DNA of 64,000 nucleotides, taken from positions 32,001-96,000 of the forward strand of contig DASZWM010000005.1 of the NCBI GenBank assembly GCA_035546615.1, read 5' to 3'. The translations under genes and the position numbers were made by a program. The stretch comes from Minisyncoccota bacterium (GTDB lineage: Bacteria; Patescibacteriota; Minisyncoccia; Phycocordibacterales; SBAW01). Positions 1-9,630 of this stretch are shown here, one piece after another (the first letter of the stretch is position 1; the number at the start of each line of letters is the position of its first letter). The notes beneath the pieces were generated by a model that searched no databases, was not told the DNA's origin, and saw only the letters and a list, made by a program, of their open reading frames with translations.

Positions 1-1462
1 CGTGGCATTCAGGGCAGCCTTCGGGGCTGGCATCGTATATGGTGCCGGTCTGGGGAGGTAGCAGCGCCTTGTTGGTAAGGTCCGCGAGCACGCGGTCTAT
101 TATTTGCTGCTCGCCGGGGGTGGCCGGCCTGGTCTTGCGGCACTGCGCGCACAGCTTGCGCACGAGGCGCTGTGCCATCGCGACATTTACCGATGATGAA
201 AGCACCTTTTCGGAAATCCCGAGGTCGATGAGGCGGGGGAATGTCCCGGCCGCGTCGTTGGTGTGGAGCGTCGAGAATACGAGGTGGCCGGTCAGCGCCG
301 CGTTAATGGCGGTCGAGGCGACCTCTTCGTCGCGGATCTCGCCGATCATGATGATGTCCGGGTCCTGGCGGAGCGCGGAGCGCAGGCCCGCGGCGAACGT
401 GTATGTCTTTTTGTCCACCTGCGTCTGCACGACGCCCTGAAGGTGGTACTCGATAGGGTCCTCTATCGTGATAATTTTGCTGCCCGGAGAGTTCACCTTG
501 CGCAAAAAGGCGTAGAGCGTCGTCGTCTTGCCCGAACCCGTGGGGCCGGTGTTGAGTATCATGCCGTTTGGCTTCGTTATTTCGCGCTCGATGCGCGCGC
601 GCAGTTCGGGCTCGAGCCCCAGCTCCTCAAGCGGCACGCCGATGGATTTCGGATTCAGAATGCGCAGCACCATGGTCTCGGCGTAATTGCCGGGCAGCAC
701 CGAGGTGCGCAGCTCGATTTCCGCGCCTTTAATCTTTATGGAAAACCGGCCGTCCTGCGCTTCGTCGGCGACGTTGAGCTTGAGGCCGGAGAGAAGCTTG
801 AGGCGCGAGAGCACCTGCTTGTACGTTTCGTGGTCGAAAGTGAGCACGTCGACAAGCACGCCGTCGAGCCGATAGCGCAAACGCACGGCCGCCTCTTCCG
901 GCTCGAAGTGCACGTCGGATGCGTTGGTGGAGAGCCCGCCGGCAAGTATGACCTCCAGGATGCGCGTGATGCGGTAGGCGCGCTTGAGGTCTATCGCGTC
1001 TTTCACGAGCGCGCTGATGTCGGAGAGGCCTTTTACTTTCGAAAGCAGGTCTTCCAGCTCCTGGTTGGAGAGCTCGAACACGCCGGCCTTCGATTCGGTC
1101 GCGTAGGAGAGGTCCGCGTAGCGGGTGAATGCGCGCTTGAGGCTCTCGCTTGAGGTGATGAACACCGTTACCTCGTAGCCGAGGTCCTTGAGCTTTTGTA
1201 TCATGGCCTTCGCCTTCGGGTTCTCCGGCGAGCGGGCCGCGACGGTAACGCGCTTGCCCACGCGGCCGAAAGCGACGATTTCCGCGTCGTGCGCCTCGTC
1301 CTCGGTGAGGAGCCTCAGCGCGTCTGTGTTGACGGCCACCAGGGAAAGGTCCACATACTCCACTCCGTACTTGCCGGCGAGCATCTGCGCGAGTTCCTCT
1401 TCCTCGCGCTTGCGCAGAAAGTCGATGCGCTTTGTCTCTTCCGTGTCGTTAAAGACCACCAT
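1..1462 (-). CDS. Type IV pilus assembly / type II secretion ATPase (PilB/GspE family). Partial: the C-terminus runs past the left window edge, so it is absent from the ORF track.
   Basis: Reverse-strand translation gives an N-terminal GspE_N-like domain starting MVVFNDTEETKRIDFLRKREEEELAQMLAGKYGVEYVDLSLVAV. It also shows a Walker A motif (NTGPTGSGKTTTLYAF) and downstream LHTNDAAGTFPRLIDLGI and CxxC motifs typical of GspE/PilB. The ATG maps to 1462..1460. Confidence 0.8.
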   Translation of the reverse strand, partial: MVVFNDTEETKRIDFLRKREEEELAQMLAGKYGVEYVDLSLVAVNTDALRLLTEDEAHDAEIVAFGRVGKRVTVAARSPENPKAKAMIQKLKDLGYEVTVFITSSESLKRAFTRYADLSYATESKAGVFELSNQELEDLLSKVKGLSDISALVKDAIDLKRAYRITRILEVILAGGLSTNASDVHFEPEEAAVRLRYRLDGVLVDVLTFDHETYKQVLSRLKLLSGLKLNVADEAQDGRFSIKIKGAEIELRTSVLPGNYAETMVLRILNPKSIGVPLEELGLEPELRARIEREITKPNGMILNTGPTGSGKTTTLYAFLRKVNSPGSKIITIEDPIEYHLQGVVQTQVDKKTYTFAAGLRSALRQDPDIIMIGEIRDEEVASTAINAALTGHLVFSTLHTNDAAGTFPRLIDLGISEKVLSSSVNVAMAQRLVRKLCAQCRKTRPATPGEQQIIDRVLADLTNKALLPPQTGTIYDASPEGCPECH

Positions 1463-1484
1463 GCATATATTGTACACTAGCTCT

Positions 1485-1925
1485 ATGGAGAGAATTACGC
1501 TCAGCGGTCTGCCAGAGACGGCAAAAACGGTGCTCGAGAAGATCCCGGAGAAAACGGACGGCGCCGCGGTGCTGGCGCTCTCGGGCGACCTCGGAGCAGG
1601 GAAGACCACTTTCGTGCAGGCGCTTGCCCGCGAGCTTGGCATACAGGAGACCGTGCAGAGTCCGACGTATGTGTTGATGAAGTCGTACCCCATAGCCTAC
1701 AAACAGTTCACGACCCTTATACATATAGATGCGTATCGTCTGGAGAAGCCTGAGGAGTTCGCGGCGCTGAAGCCCGATATATTCTTGGCCGACCCAACGA
1801 ACCTGGTATGCATCGAGTGGCCGGAGAAGGCAGGTACGGCGCTTGCGAAGCCTGACCTGCTGCTGAAGTTCTCTTCCGAAGGCGCACAAGAAGGGGAGCG
1901 GTACATTTCGATCGAACAGGAGTAA
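1485..1925 (+). CDS. tsaE: tRNA t6A biosynthesis ATPase TsaE (YjeE).
   Basis: The C-terminal 146 aa of ORF 1188..1925 starting at MERITLSG contain LSGDLGAGKTTFVQ (P-loop) and SPTYVL, characteristic of TsaE. The upstream part of that ORF is antisense to pilB. Confidence 0.7.
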   Translation: MERITLSGLPETAKTVLEKIPEKTDGAAVLALSGDLGAGKTTFVQALARELGIQETVQSPTYVLMKSYPIAYKQFTTLIHIDAYRLEKPEEFAALKPDIFLADPTNLVCIEWPEKAGTALAKPDLLLKFSSEGAQEGERYISIEQE

Positions 1926-1942
1926 ACTCTCTTAGACAAACC

Positions 1943-4324
1943 ATGGAAAAGAGCAAAAAACGGCTGGTGATACTCGATACGCACGCGATACTGCATCGCG
2001 CGTTCCACGCGCTGCCGGACTTCGCTTCGAGCAAGGGGGTGCCGACCGGCGCCCTGTACGGCCTTGTGTCTATGCTGGTGCGCATCGCGAGCGACCTCAA
2101 GCCCGACTACATCGCCGCGGCGTTCGACCTCCCCAAGCCGACCCACCGCCACCTGGCGTACGACAAATATAAATCGCACCGGCCCAAGACAGACGACGCA
2201 CTCGTGGCGCAGATAGAGCAGTCGCGCGAGGTGCTGAAAGCGTTCGGCATTCCGCTGTATGAGAACGAAGGATTCGAGGCGGACGACGTCATCGGGACCA
2301 TCGTGGAGGAAATGAAGGGCAGGAAGGACGTGGACCTCATTATTGCCTCCGGCGACATGGATATTCTCCAGCTGGTTGACGATGCGCGGGTGCGCGCGTT
2401 CATGCCGAAAAAAGGGCTTTCAGAGACAATGCTGTACGACGAAGACGCGGTCATTGCCCGCTACGGCTTCGGGCCTTCGCTCATTCCCGACTACAAGGGC
2501 CTGCGCGGCGATACAAGCGATAACATCCCGGGCGTGAAGGGCATAGGAGAAAAGACCGCCACAACGCTTATCACTACCTTCGGCACTGTGGAGGATATGT
2601 ACAAGGCGCTCAAGAAAAGCCCAAAGAAGTTCGAGGATGCGGGTATCAAGGGCGCGATGCTCGAAAAATTAAAGGCAGGAGAAGAGGAGGCGGAGTTTTC
2701 CAAGATGCTTGCGACGATACAGCGCGACGCGCCTATCGACTTTAAGCTCCCTGAGCGCAGCTGGCGCGAAAGCGCGCAGGTGGAGACCGTGCTCGATATG
2801 CTCGCGCAGTACGAGTTCCGTTCGCTAAGCCCTCGCGTGCGCGAGCTCTTCAACGGCAATACGCAGGACAAGGACTATGTGGCGGGCGACGAGCTGTTCG
2901 CGGAAGCGGCAGAGGTAGTTCCTGAGGACGAATTCAACAAGATAGCGCTGGCGGTATCAGTGCTGGACTCCAACATCGCGGAGCCGACGCTTGAGGATAT
3001 CTATCGCCTCGGGCGCTCGCGCGTGTTCGAAGAGGCCAAGAAGAACATTCTCGCCGAGATAAAGGAGAAGGAGCTTTCGTTCGTGTACGAGGCGATAGAG
3101 CTGCCGCTCATGCCGGTACTGCGGGCGATGGAGCGCAAGGGCGTGTGCATCGACAAGAAATTCCTGGCGGAGCTTTCGAAGGAATATCACGCCGAGCTCA
3201 AGAAAATAAGCGCGCGGATATTCGAAGCGGCGGGGGAGGAGTTCAATATCAATTCGCCGAAGCAATTGGGCGACATTCTTTTCGACAAGCTCGGGCTCAA
3301 GCCCGAGAAGCAGAAGAAGACCGCGGGGGGCGCCCGCTCGACGCGCGAGTCGGAACTCGAGAAGATGCGCCTGATGCATCCTATCGTTGCCGACATTTTG
3401 GCCTTCCGCGAGCTTTCAAAATTGCTTGGAACCTATATCGACAACCTGCCGACGCTTTTGGACGAGCATAACCGCGTGCATACGCACTTTATCCAGATGG
3501 GCGCCGCCACGGGACGCCTGGCGACCAAGGACCCGGGCCTCCAGAATATTCCCATCAAGACCGAGCTCGGCCGCGCTATACGCCGCGCATTCATCGCCGA
3601 GAAAGGCTACGAGCTTGTCGCGTTCGATTACAGCCAGATAGAGCTGCGCATCGCCGCGTGGCTCTCGGGTGACCCGGGCCTTATGGAGATATTCCGCGAC
3701 GGACGCGACGCGCATACCGAAGTCGCTTCGCGCGTGTTCCATGTGCGCGCCGAGGACGTGAGCTACGAGCAGCGACGCCGCGCCAAGGTCATCAACTTCG
3801 GTATCCTCTACGGCATGGGCGTTACCGCGCTCCAGCAGTCGCTCGGGACCTCCCGAAAAGAGGCGCAGGAGTTCTACAATCAGTACTTTGAAGCATTTCC
3901 CCGGCTGGCTGCATATATAGACGAGATAAAAATAAGCGTGAGCAAGCTCGGGTATGTCAAAACGTATTTCGGCCGACGCCGGTACATGGACGCCATCCAG
4001 TCGCCGATACCGTACGTGCGCGCGGCCGCCGAGCGCATGGCGGTCAATGCGCCGATGCAAGGGACGCAGGCAGACATCGTGAAGCTCGCCATGGTCGAGA
4101 TAGTGAAATATTTGAAGGACCAGGGCGCGCATGACAGCGCCCATATGCTGCTTCAGGTCCACGACGAACTCGTGTTCGAGATAGAAGAGGGGAGAGTAGC
4201 TGAGCTGGCGCCGAAAATAAAAGGCATCATGGAGAACATCGTACCGAGCGAGGAGCGAAACGGCATTCCGTTCATTGCCGAAGGGAAGGTCGGCAAGAAC
4301 TGGGGCGAGATGGAAAAACTATAA
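1943..4324 (+). CDS. polA: DNA polymerase I, 793 aa. It has a 5'-3' exonuclease domain plus the polymerase domain; the 3'-5' exonuclease region looks reduced.
   Basis: The N-terminus has a 5' nuclease domain (LVILDTHAILHRAFHAL ... ASGDMDILQL) and a 5'-nuclease HhH region (GVKGIGEKTATTLI). The C-terminus has family A polymerase motifs (DYSQIELRIAAWLSGD; RRRAKVINFGILYGMG; QVHDELVFE). Confidence 0.9.
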   Translation: MEKSKKRLVILDTHAILHRAFHALPDFASSKGVPTGALYGLVSMLVRIASDLKPDYIAAAFDLPKPTHRHLAYDKYKSHRPKTDDALVAQIEQSREVLKAFGIPLYENEGFEADDVIGTIVEEMKGRKDVDLIIASGDMDILQLVDDARVRAFMPKKGLSETMLYDEDAVIARYGFGPSLIPDYKGLRGDTSDNIPGVKGIGEKTATTLITTFGTVEDMYKALKKSPKKFEDAGIKGAMLEKLKAGEEEAEFSKMLATIQRDAPIDFKLPERSWRESAQVETVLDMLAQYEFRSLSPRVRELFNGNTQDKDYVAGDELFAEAAEVVPEDEFNKIALAVSVLDSNIAEPTLEDIYRLGRSRVFEEAKKNILAEIKEKELSFVYEAIELPLMPVLRAMERKGVCIDKKFLAELSKEYHAELKKISARIFEAAGEEFNINSPKQLGDILFDKLGLKPEKQKKTAGGARSTRESELEKMRLMHPIVADILAFRELSKLLGTYIDNLPTLLDEHNRVHTHFIQMGAATGRLATKDPGLQNIPIKTELGRAIRRAFIAEKGYELVAFDYSQIELRIAAWLSGDPGLMEIFRDGRDAHTEVASRVFHVRAEDVSYEQRRRAKVINFGILYGMGVTALQQSLGTSRKEAQEFYNQYFEAFPRLAAYIDEIKISVSKLGYVKTYFGRRRYMDAIQSPIPYVRAAAERMAVNAPMQGTQADIVKLAMVEIVKYLKDQGAHDSAHMLLQVHDELVFEIEEGRVAELAPKIKGIMENIVPSEERNGIPFIAEGKVGKNWGEMEKL

Positions 4325-4326
4325 TC

Positions 4327-4887
4327 ATGCTTACTGTCGTCGTCGGAAAATCAGCAAAGAAAAAGGGAGCCGAAGAGCTCAAGTGGGAGGCGCTCGCTCC
4401 TGAGGAGCTTTCGATACTTGCTTCTACCGAAGCGCTCTTCGGGGGTGCCAAGACGTATGTATTGATGGGAGCATTGGCGGGGGAGCGGATGGAAGAATTT
4501 TTAGATATCGCAGAGGTGCTCGCGGAATCCCCGCATACATTTATTTTCGAGGAAGAGAAGCTCCTCAAGCGCGAGACGGATATTCTCACTAAAGCGGGGG
4601 CAAAGATAGAAAAAAAGGAGAAAGCAGCAGCTGGGAAGTCGGGTTTTGACCCGTTCGGCATTACCTTCGCGCTCGGCAGCCGCGACAAAAAGAAGCTGTG
4701 GTTGGGGCTCACCCAAGCCATCCGCGCCGGCGAGAAGCCGGAAGCGCTCGCGGGCCTGCTCGCCTGGAAGGCGCGGCAGATGAAAGACGCAAAGCTGAGT
4801 CGCGAACTGGTCTGGATGTATCACGACTCGCACAGGGGAGCGGGGGATTTGGAACTGTTGCTCGAGCGGTTCGCTCTAAAACTCTAA
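4327..4887 (+). CDS. Hypothetical protein, possibly a short DNA polymerase III delta (HolA)-like protein.
   Basis: 186 aa ORF starting 3 nt after the polA stop. An LFGGAKTYVL-type N-terminal motif weakly resembles HolA. High-GC codon usage is consistent with coding. Confidence 0.3.
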   Translation: MLTVVVGKSAKKKGAEELKWEALAPEELSILASTEALFGGAKTYVLMGALAGERMEEFLDIAEVLAESPHTFIFEEEKLLKRETDILTKAGAKIEKKEKAAAGKSGFDPFGITFALGSRDKKKLWLGLTQAIRAGEKPEALAGLLAWKARQMKDAKLSRELVWMYHDSHRGAGDLELLLERFALKL

Positions 4888-5495
4888 TGAACCTTAAAGA
4901 TACATACAACAAAATCGCGCGTGATTGGTTTAAGGATCACAACGACGATACGTGGTGGATTGAGCGGACGGACAAGTTGATCTCGCTACTGCCGCCCCAT
5001 GCAAAAGTTTTGGATATCGGCTGCGGGGCCGGACACAAATCGGCATATTTCGCAGGTAAGGGATTTGAAGTCGTAGGAGGAGATTTTTCCGAGGAGATGA
5101 TAAAGATTGCGCGCGAGCAAGTTCCCGGCGCAGAATTTAAGGTCCTAGATCTCTATGAGCTGGATACACTTACGGAAAAATTTGACTGCGTCTTTGCGCA
5201 AGCGGTATTTCTCCATATCCCGAAAAAAGACGTTCTAGGGATTTTCAGAAAAGTAAAAGAGATATTGCGGGAGGGCGGGCTGTTTTACATCGCGGTTAAG
5301 GAAGCGAGAGAAGGCAGCCCCGACGAAGCGGTTCTGACCGAAAATGGATACGGATACGAGTATCAAAGATTTTTCAGCTACTTTTCCGCCGCCGAGATCC
5401 ATGAGTATCTTTCAGAAGCAGGGTTCGAGGTTGTGGACTCCGGAGTAACTGATGTAGGCCATACTCGCTGGGTACAAGTAATAGCAAAACTCTAG
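4887..5495 (+). CDS. Class I SAM-dependent methyltransferase.
   Basis: Internal start at MNLKDTYNK. VLDIGCGAGHKSAYFAGKGFEVVGGDFSEEMI is a canonical SAM-binding motif I/II. The upstream part of ORF 4698..5495 overlaps the previous gene. Confidence 0.7.
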   Translation: MNLKDTYNKIARDWFKDHNDDTWWIERTDKLISLLPPHAKVLDIGCGAGHKSAYFAGKGFEVVGGDFSEEMIKIAREQVPGAEFKVLDLYELDTLTEKFDCVFAQAVFLHIPKKDVLGIFRKVKEILREGGLFYIAVKEAREGSPDEAVLTENGYGYEYQRFFSYFSAAEIHEYLSEAGFEVVDSGVTDVGHTRWVQVIAKL

Positions 5496-5530
5496 TAATT
5501 TAGGCGTTTTCGTTGTATTTTGTTGATATT

Positions 5531-5603
5531 CCGCCCATAGCTCAGTCGGTAGAGCGGCTCCCTTTTAAGGAGATGGTCCTTGGTTCGAATCCAAGTGGGC
5601 GGA
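5531..5603 (+). tRNA. tRNA-Lys (anticodon TTT).
   Basis: Cloverleaf read by eye: acceptor CCGCCCA/TGGGCGG, D-arm GCTC-AGTCGGTA-GAGC, anticodon loop CTTTTAA, T-arm CTTGG-TTCGAAT-CCAAG. 73 nt. Confidence 0.85.
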
Positions 5604-5615
5604 CACGGATACTGC

Positions 5616-6569
5616 ATGAGCATATTTCCTAAAGCAAAATCTCTGATACGCAGAGGACTGGCGAGTATCGCCCGGCTCCTGCCGGCTTCGGCGCAATCCC
5701 TGCTGATTAATGTCCTTTCCGAAACCGCAGGCTCATATTCTTTGTTTCAGTCCATGGCTCGCACATATCATGTCACGGACATCCGCGTGGAGGGGAGCTA
5801 CGGCACAATCATCGGCTCTCCAGAAGATGGCGCGGTGCTTGCGGCCTATGCCCGCACCGGCGCCTGGGCGGAGGAATTCAACAGCTATTTTGGGGACTTT
5901 TTTGAAAAGAGCGGAGGCGGCACGTATATAGATATCGGAGCGAACATCGGCCTTACTACCATACCTATTGGCCGCAACGCTGCAGTTGTCTGCAAAGCGT
6001 TCGAACCCGAGCCGAGGAATTTGGCGTATCTGCAAGAGAACGTGCGGGAAAATTGTCCGGCAGGAAATGTCGAGATATTTAATACCGCTCTTTTTGACGC
6101 GAAAACCACCATCGAATTCGAGCTTGCCGAGCGCAACTTAGGCGACCACCGGATTCGCTTCAGCGGCGAGGACGGCGCATATGGGGAAAAAGGGCGTACC
6201 CAAATTGTCGTAGAGGCGGATCTGCTGGACAATGTGCTCGATCTGAAAACGCTGCCGCAGCCCATAGCGGTGAAGATAGACACGCAGGGCGCAGAGGCCC
6301 ATGTCTTTGCCGGAGGCCGCACTGTTCTCGCATCCGCCCGGCTTGTGGCCTTCGAGTTCTGGCCTTATGGTCTTGCGCGGGCGCAGGGGGACACAGCTTC
6401 CGTGCGGCGATTCTTGGAGAAGAATTTTACGGAAGGGGCCGCTGCAGCGGAATCCCAGAACGAGCCCCTGGTCTGGCAGCCAGTACGCGCTATTACGCAG
6501 CTCATGGAGGAGCTGGAGAAGGATGCGGCCAATCCGAAAGTGTACAAGAATATCTTCGTAAGAAAGTAG
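5616..6569 (+). CDS. FkbM-family SAM-dependent methyltransferase.
   Basis: YIDIGANIGLTTIPIG ... FEPEP matches the FkbM methyltransferase domain. Start placed at MSIFPK because the longer ORF would overlap tRNA-Lys. Confidence 0.6.
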   Translation: MSIFPKAKSLIRRGLASIARLLPASAQSLLINVLSETAGSYSLFQSMARTYHVTDIRVEGSYGTIIGSPEDGAVLAAYARTGAWAEEFNSYFGDFFEKSGGGTYIDIGANIGLTTIPIGRNAAVVCKAFEPEPRNLAYLQENVRENCPAGNVEIFNTALFDAKTTIEFELAERNLGDHRIRFSGEDGAYGEKGRTQIVVEADLLDNVLDLKTLPQPIAVKIDTQGAEAHVFAGGRTVLASARLVAFEFWPYGLARAQGDTASVRRFLEKNFTEGAAAAESQNEPLVWQPVRAITQLMEELEKDAANPKVYKNIFVRK

Positions 6570-6574
6570 ATTTG

Positions 6575-7045
6575 CTATTGTAGCAGCACAAACGTTGCGA
6601 TTCCTGCTGCTACCGAAACATTCAGCGATTCTTTTTTGCCGCGCATGGGGATTTCTACTATCGCGTCGACTAGCTTGAGCGATTGTTTGGAAACGCCGCG
6701 CACTTCGTTGCCGAGCACGAGCGCCAGCGGCTTATCCTTCGGACCTTTGAATTCGAATAGGGAACTGGAGCTTTTGTCTTGCTCAACCGCAACGATGTAG
6801 AAGCCTTCTTTTTTAAGCCGGCTTACCGCTGCCGCAAGCGTTTTTGTCTGCTCCCAAGGAATCGTTTTTTCTGCGCCGAGCGACACTTTTGAAAAGTCTT
6901 TGCGCGGCAGGTTGAATCGATCCACCGGCGCGGGCGTATAGCCCGAGAGAAGTACCTTGGATACGCCGGCCGCATCCGCCGTGCGGAAAATGCTCCCGAC
7001 GTTATGGACGCTGCGGATGTTATGGAGAATGAGGGCGGAGGCCAC
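6575..7045 (-). CDS. SpoU/TrmH-family RNA 2'-O-methyltransferase.
   Basis: NVGSIFRTADAAG ... LVLGNEVRGVS ... EIPMRG..ESLNVSVAAGIA are the three SpoU methylase motifs. Confidence 0.75.
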   Translation of the reverse strand: MASALILHNIRSVHNVGSIFRTADAAGVSKVLLSGYTPAPVDRFNLPRKDFSKVSLGAEKTIPWEQTKTLAAAVSRLKKEGFYIVAVEQDKSSSSLFEFKGPKDKPLALVLGNEVRGVSKQSLKLVDAIVEIPMRGKKESLNVSVAAGIATFVLLQ

Positions 7046-7054
7046 CCTTCCGTT

Positions 7055-7462
7055 TTACAGCCCCGGCGTGTCGAATGCAAAGATGCCCGCGCCCGTAAGC
7101 ATAAGCGACGCGCAGATGACGAGGATGAGGAAGTACGTGGAGCGAGAGAAGAGGAATACTGTCGGATATCGTTTGCCGAGCAGGAGCCCCTTGATGGCGC
7201 CAAGCGTTCCCAGAAGCGCCGCTATCTGCGTATAGTAGCCCAGGAAGAGCATGAGGCCCGCGACGAAGTGGAACAGTACCGCGAGCCAAGCCACCCATTC
7301 GCCCCTGCCAACAAGAGGAAAGGAGAGCTGTGCCGTGGCTTCGCGTGCTTTCCAGTGCCTGTATCCCGCGTACAAAAACATGGCGGCAATCGCCAGGCGC
7401 AGCAGGGTAGGGGCGAATATGCGGAAATCGAACAGATGCGGGAAAGGCATAAAGATATCCAT
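7055..7462 (-). CDS. DoxX-family membrane protein.
   Basis: 135 aa, about four TM helices, LRLAIAAMFLYAGYRHW ... typical DoxX pattern. Confidence 0.5.
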   Translation of the reverse strand: MDIFMPFPHLFDFRIFAPTLLRLAIAAMFLYAGYRHWKAREATAQLSFPLVGRGEWVAWLAVLFHFVAGLMLFLGYYTQIAALLGTLGAIKGLLLGKRYPTVFLFSRSTYFLILVICASLMLTGAGIFAFDTPGL

Positions 7463-7466
7463 AAGC

Positions 7467-7709
7467 TTATTGGCCTTGATTATTATTAGTAGTGCTGTCG
7501 TCGGGATTGGAAACGGTCTGCGGATGTCCTATTTGCGGGCCGTATCCGCCGCCGGGGCCAAGCGGCGCGGGGGGAGCAAGGAATACGCCGCGCAGGTCGG
7601 CGTTCTTATACGCGCCGCTTGCGAACCAGAGGAAGACCAGAATGGCCATCCCGCCGAGCACCATAAGGAGCAGCTGCATCGGATCGTGGTGCGGTTTCTC
7701 GTCTGCCAT
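7467..7709 (-). CDS. Small membrane protein (hypothetical).
   Basis: 80 aa, one TM helix (LLLMVLGGMAILVFLWFA) and a Pro/Gly-rich tail. Lies 4 nt upstream of the DoxX gene on the same strand. Confidence 0.35.
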   Translation of the reverse strand: MADEKPHHDPMQLLLMVLGGMAILVFLWFASGAYKNADLRGVFLAPPAPLGPGGGYGPQIGHPQTVSNPDDSTTNNNQGQ

Positions 7710-7729
7710 GGGTTTATTCTACCACCCCT

Positions 7730-9004
7730 CTACTTCTTCTTTCTTGTTCCTTCGCCTTCGTAGCCAAGCTTTGCGAGCTCTTCCTGAGCGACCCTCCGGT
7801 CGCTCCAGACTTCCTTGGTTCCCTTGGGGCCCATGATGTACGGGTCGGTGCCTTTGCCGGTTATGAGCACCGCGTCGTTCTGCTTTGCCTCGCGCAAGGC
7901 CTCGCGTATGGCGGCGTGGCGGTTGAGAATAATGTGCGGTTTCTTTTTAGAAAATCCTTTGGCGATTTCAGACACTATCTTCTGCGGGTCCTCGTCATAC
8001 GGGTCCTCGTTGGTGAGTATCGCAACGTCGCAATATTCGTCGGCTATTTTGCCCATTTCCGCGCGCTTCCACGTGTCGCGGCCGCCGCCGGTTGAGCCCA
8101 GGACGCCGATGATGCGGTGGTCTTTGTGGTAGGTCTCGTACAGGGCCTTGAGCGAATCCGGCGTGTGCGCGTAATCAACGACGACAAGATAGGGCTGCGG
8201 TCCCGGCACGCGCTCCGCGCGGCCGGCGATGGGCGCCTGGTGCTCGAGCGCGCGCTTGGCCGCCTTCATGGGGACTCCCATGGCGTTGGCGAGCGTAAGC
8301 GCGGCGAGGATGTTGCGCAGGTTAAATACTCCCGGCAGCGGCACGGTGAACAGCTCGCCGCGCTTCCATACGAAGCGCACGGAAGAGTCGTCGGTGTTGT
8401 ACGGCTCGGCGTCGCGCAGGGAAAACGGCTCCTTCACCTCGATATCGATGTCCATGAACTTCTCGCCGTACTTGTCGTCGGCGTTGGCGACGATATAGCG
8501 CGGGCGCTTGCGCGAGGATTCCAAGTGCTTCGCGAGCGAAAGCTTCGCCTCCGCGTACTTCTCGAAGCTGCCGTGGCTTTCGATGTGCTCCGGCTGGAGG
8601 TTGGTGAACACGAGGGCGTCGAGCTCGATGCCTTTGTGGCGGAACTGGCGCGCGCCCTCGGACGTCATTTCGATGACCGCGTGCGTGCAGCCGGCCTCGA
8701 CCGCGCGGCGCAGGAACTTCTGGAGGAAGAGCCGCCCCGGCATCGTCATCTTGAACAGGTTCGGCTCAGATTCGGCGCCTATCGAGAAGCGGATGGTGCT
8801 TGCGGCCGCGACATTGTGGCCGGCTTCCATAAGTATGGAGCGAATGAGCTCGACGGTCGTGGACTTTCCCTTGGTGCCGGTGACGGCGATGACGAAGAGC
8901 TTGCGGGAAGGGAAGCGGTAGACGATGCTGCCGAGCATGGCGAACGAACGGTAGTACAGCTCGAAGACGGGAGCGGGGACTATTTTTTTAAGCAGGCGTT
9001 TCAT
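7730..9004 (-). CDS. Mur ligase family protein, most similar to MurE (short form).
   Basis: VIAVTGTKGKSTT is the Mur ligase P-loop. TMPGRLFLQKFLRRAVEAGCTHAVIEMTSEG resembles the MurE TTPxxxxLQ region. LQPEHIESHGSFEKY resembles the MurE DHLDYHG motif, and VVVDYAHTPDSL is also present. Confidence 0.55.
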   Translation of the reverse strand: MKRLLKKIVPAPVFELYYRSFAMLGSIVYRFPSRKLFVIAVTGTKGKSTTVELIRSILMEAGHNVAAASTIRFSIGAESEPNLFKMTMPGRLFLQKFLRRAVEAGCTHAVIEMTSEGARQFRHKGIELDALVFTNLQPEHIESHGSFEKYAEAKLSLAKHLESSRKRPRYIVANADDKYGEKFMDIDIEVKEPFSLRDAEPYNTDDSSVRFVWKRGELFTVPLPGVFNLRNILAALTLANAMGVPMKAAKRALEHQAPIAGRAERVPGPQPYLVVVDYAHTPDSLKALYETYHKDHRIIGVLGSTGGGRDTWKRAEMGKIADEYCDVAILTNEDPYDEDPQKIVSEIAKGFSKKKPHIILNRHAAIREALREAKQNDAVLITGKGTDPYIMGPKGTKEVWSDRRVAQEELAKLGYEGEGTRKKK

Positions 9005-9009
9005 AGTAA

Positions 9010-9606
9010 TTATTTCATTGAACCCAGATGTTTAAGCGCGGCGGCCAGGCGTTCGCGCACCGCGGCGGCCTCGGGCGCATCCTTCGCACTTTCTTTTACC
9101 GCTTTGCGGGATTCGGACGCGGAGTACCCGAGCGCCATAAGCGCTTCAATCACTTCGCCGTCGCCTCCGGCACCCACGGCTTCGCCCCGCGCGGCCGCCT
9201 GGTCCGCCAGCTTATCGCGCAGTTCCACCACGATACGCTCCGCGCTCTTTTTGCCGATGCCAAACACTTTGGTGAGTATCGTGCTGTCGCCTTGCGCGAT
9301 GGAGCGCTTAAGCGTTGAGGCTTCGGCGACATTGAGTATGCCGAGCGCCGATTTCGGGCCGATGCCCGAGACGCTCGTGAGCTCCCGGAAGAAGGCGAGG
9401 TCGTCGCCGGTTGCAAAACCGTACAGGTCTATCGCGTCCTCGCGCACCGCCGTATGTATAAATAGAGAGATGTCGCCCGCGCGGCCGCTCATGGAAGATA
9501 TAAGGAGCGCCGGTACGCGCACGCAGTAGCCTACGCCGCCTACCTCCACTATGAGCGTCCCGTCTCCCGCCGTTCCCCCGTATCGTCCGGTCAGTTTGCC
9601 AATCAT
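9010..9606 (-). CDS. ruvA: Holliday junction DNA helicase subunit RuvA.
   Basis: MIGKLTGRY...TLIVEVGGVGYCVRVP (OB domain), HhH pairs (LTSVSGIGPKSAL; VFGIGKKSAERIV) and a C-terminal domain III. Confidence 0.9.
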   Translation of the reverse strand: MIGKLTGRYGGTAGDGTLIVEVGGVGYCVRVPALLISSMSGRAGDISLFIHTAVREDAIDLYGFATGDDLAFFRELTSVSGIGPKSALGILNVAEASTLKRSIAQGDSTILTKVFGIGKKSAERIVVELRDKLADQAAARGEAVGAGGDGEVIEALMALGYSASESRKAVKESAKDAPEAAAVRERLAAALKHLGSMK

Positions 9607-9630
9607 GTAGTATTAGAGTACTATCTTCGC

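Noticed and set aside
263-1153. A 296 aa plus-strand ORF (and the overlapping small ORFs at 39..440, 687..875 and 736..945) at the left edge.
   Set aside because: They are antisense to a clearly recognisable PilB/GspE ATPase gene on the minus strand (Walker A, GspE_N domain). An Arg/Ala/Val-rich composition is typical of antisense frames in high-GC DNA. The real gene is missing from the ORF track only because its stop lies outside the window.
8117-9529. A 470 aa plus-strand ORF spanning the murE-like and ruvA region.
   Set aside because: It is antisense to two well-supported minus-strand genes and has an Arg/Gly/Ala-rich low-complexity composition with no motifs.
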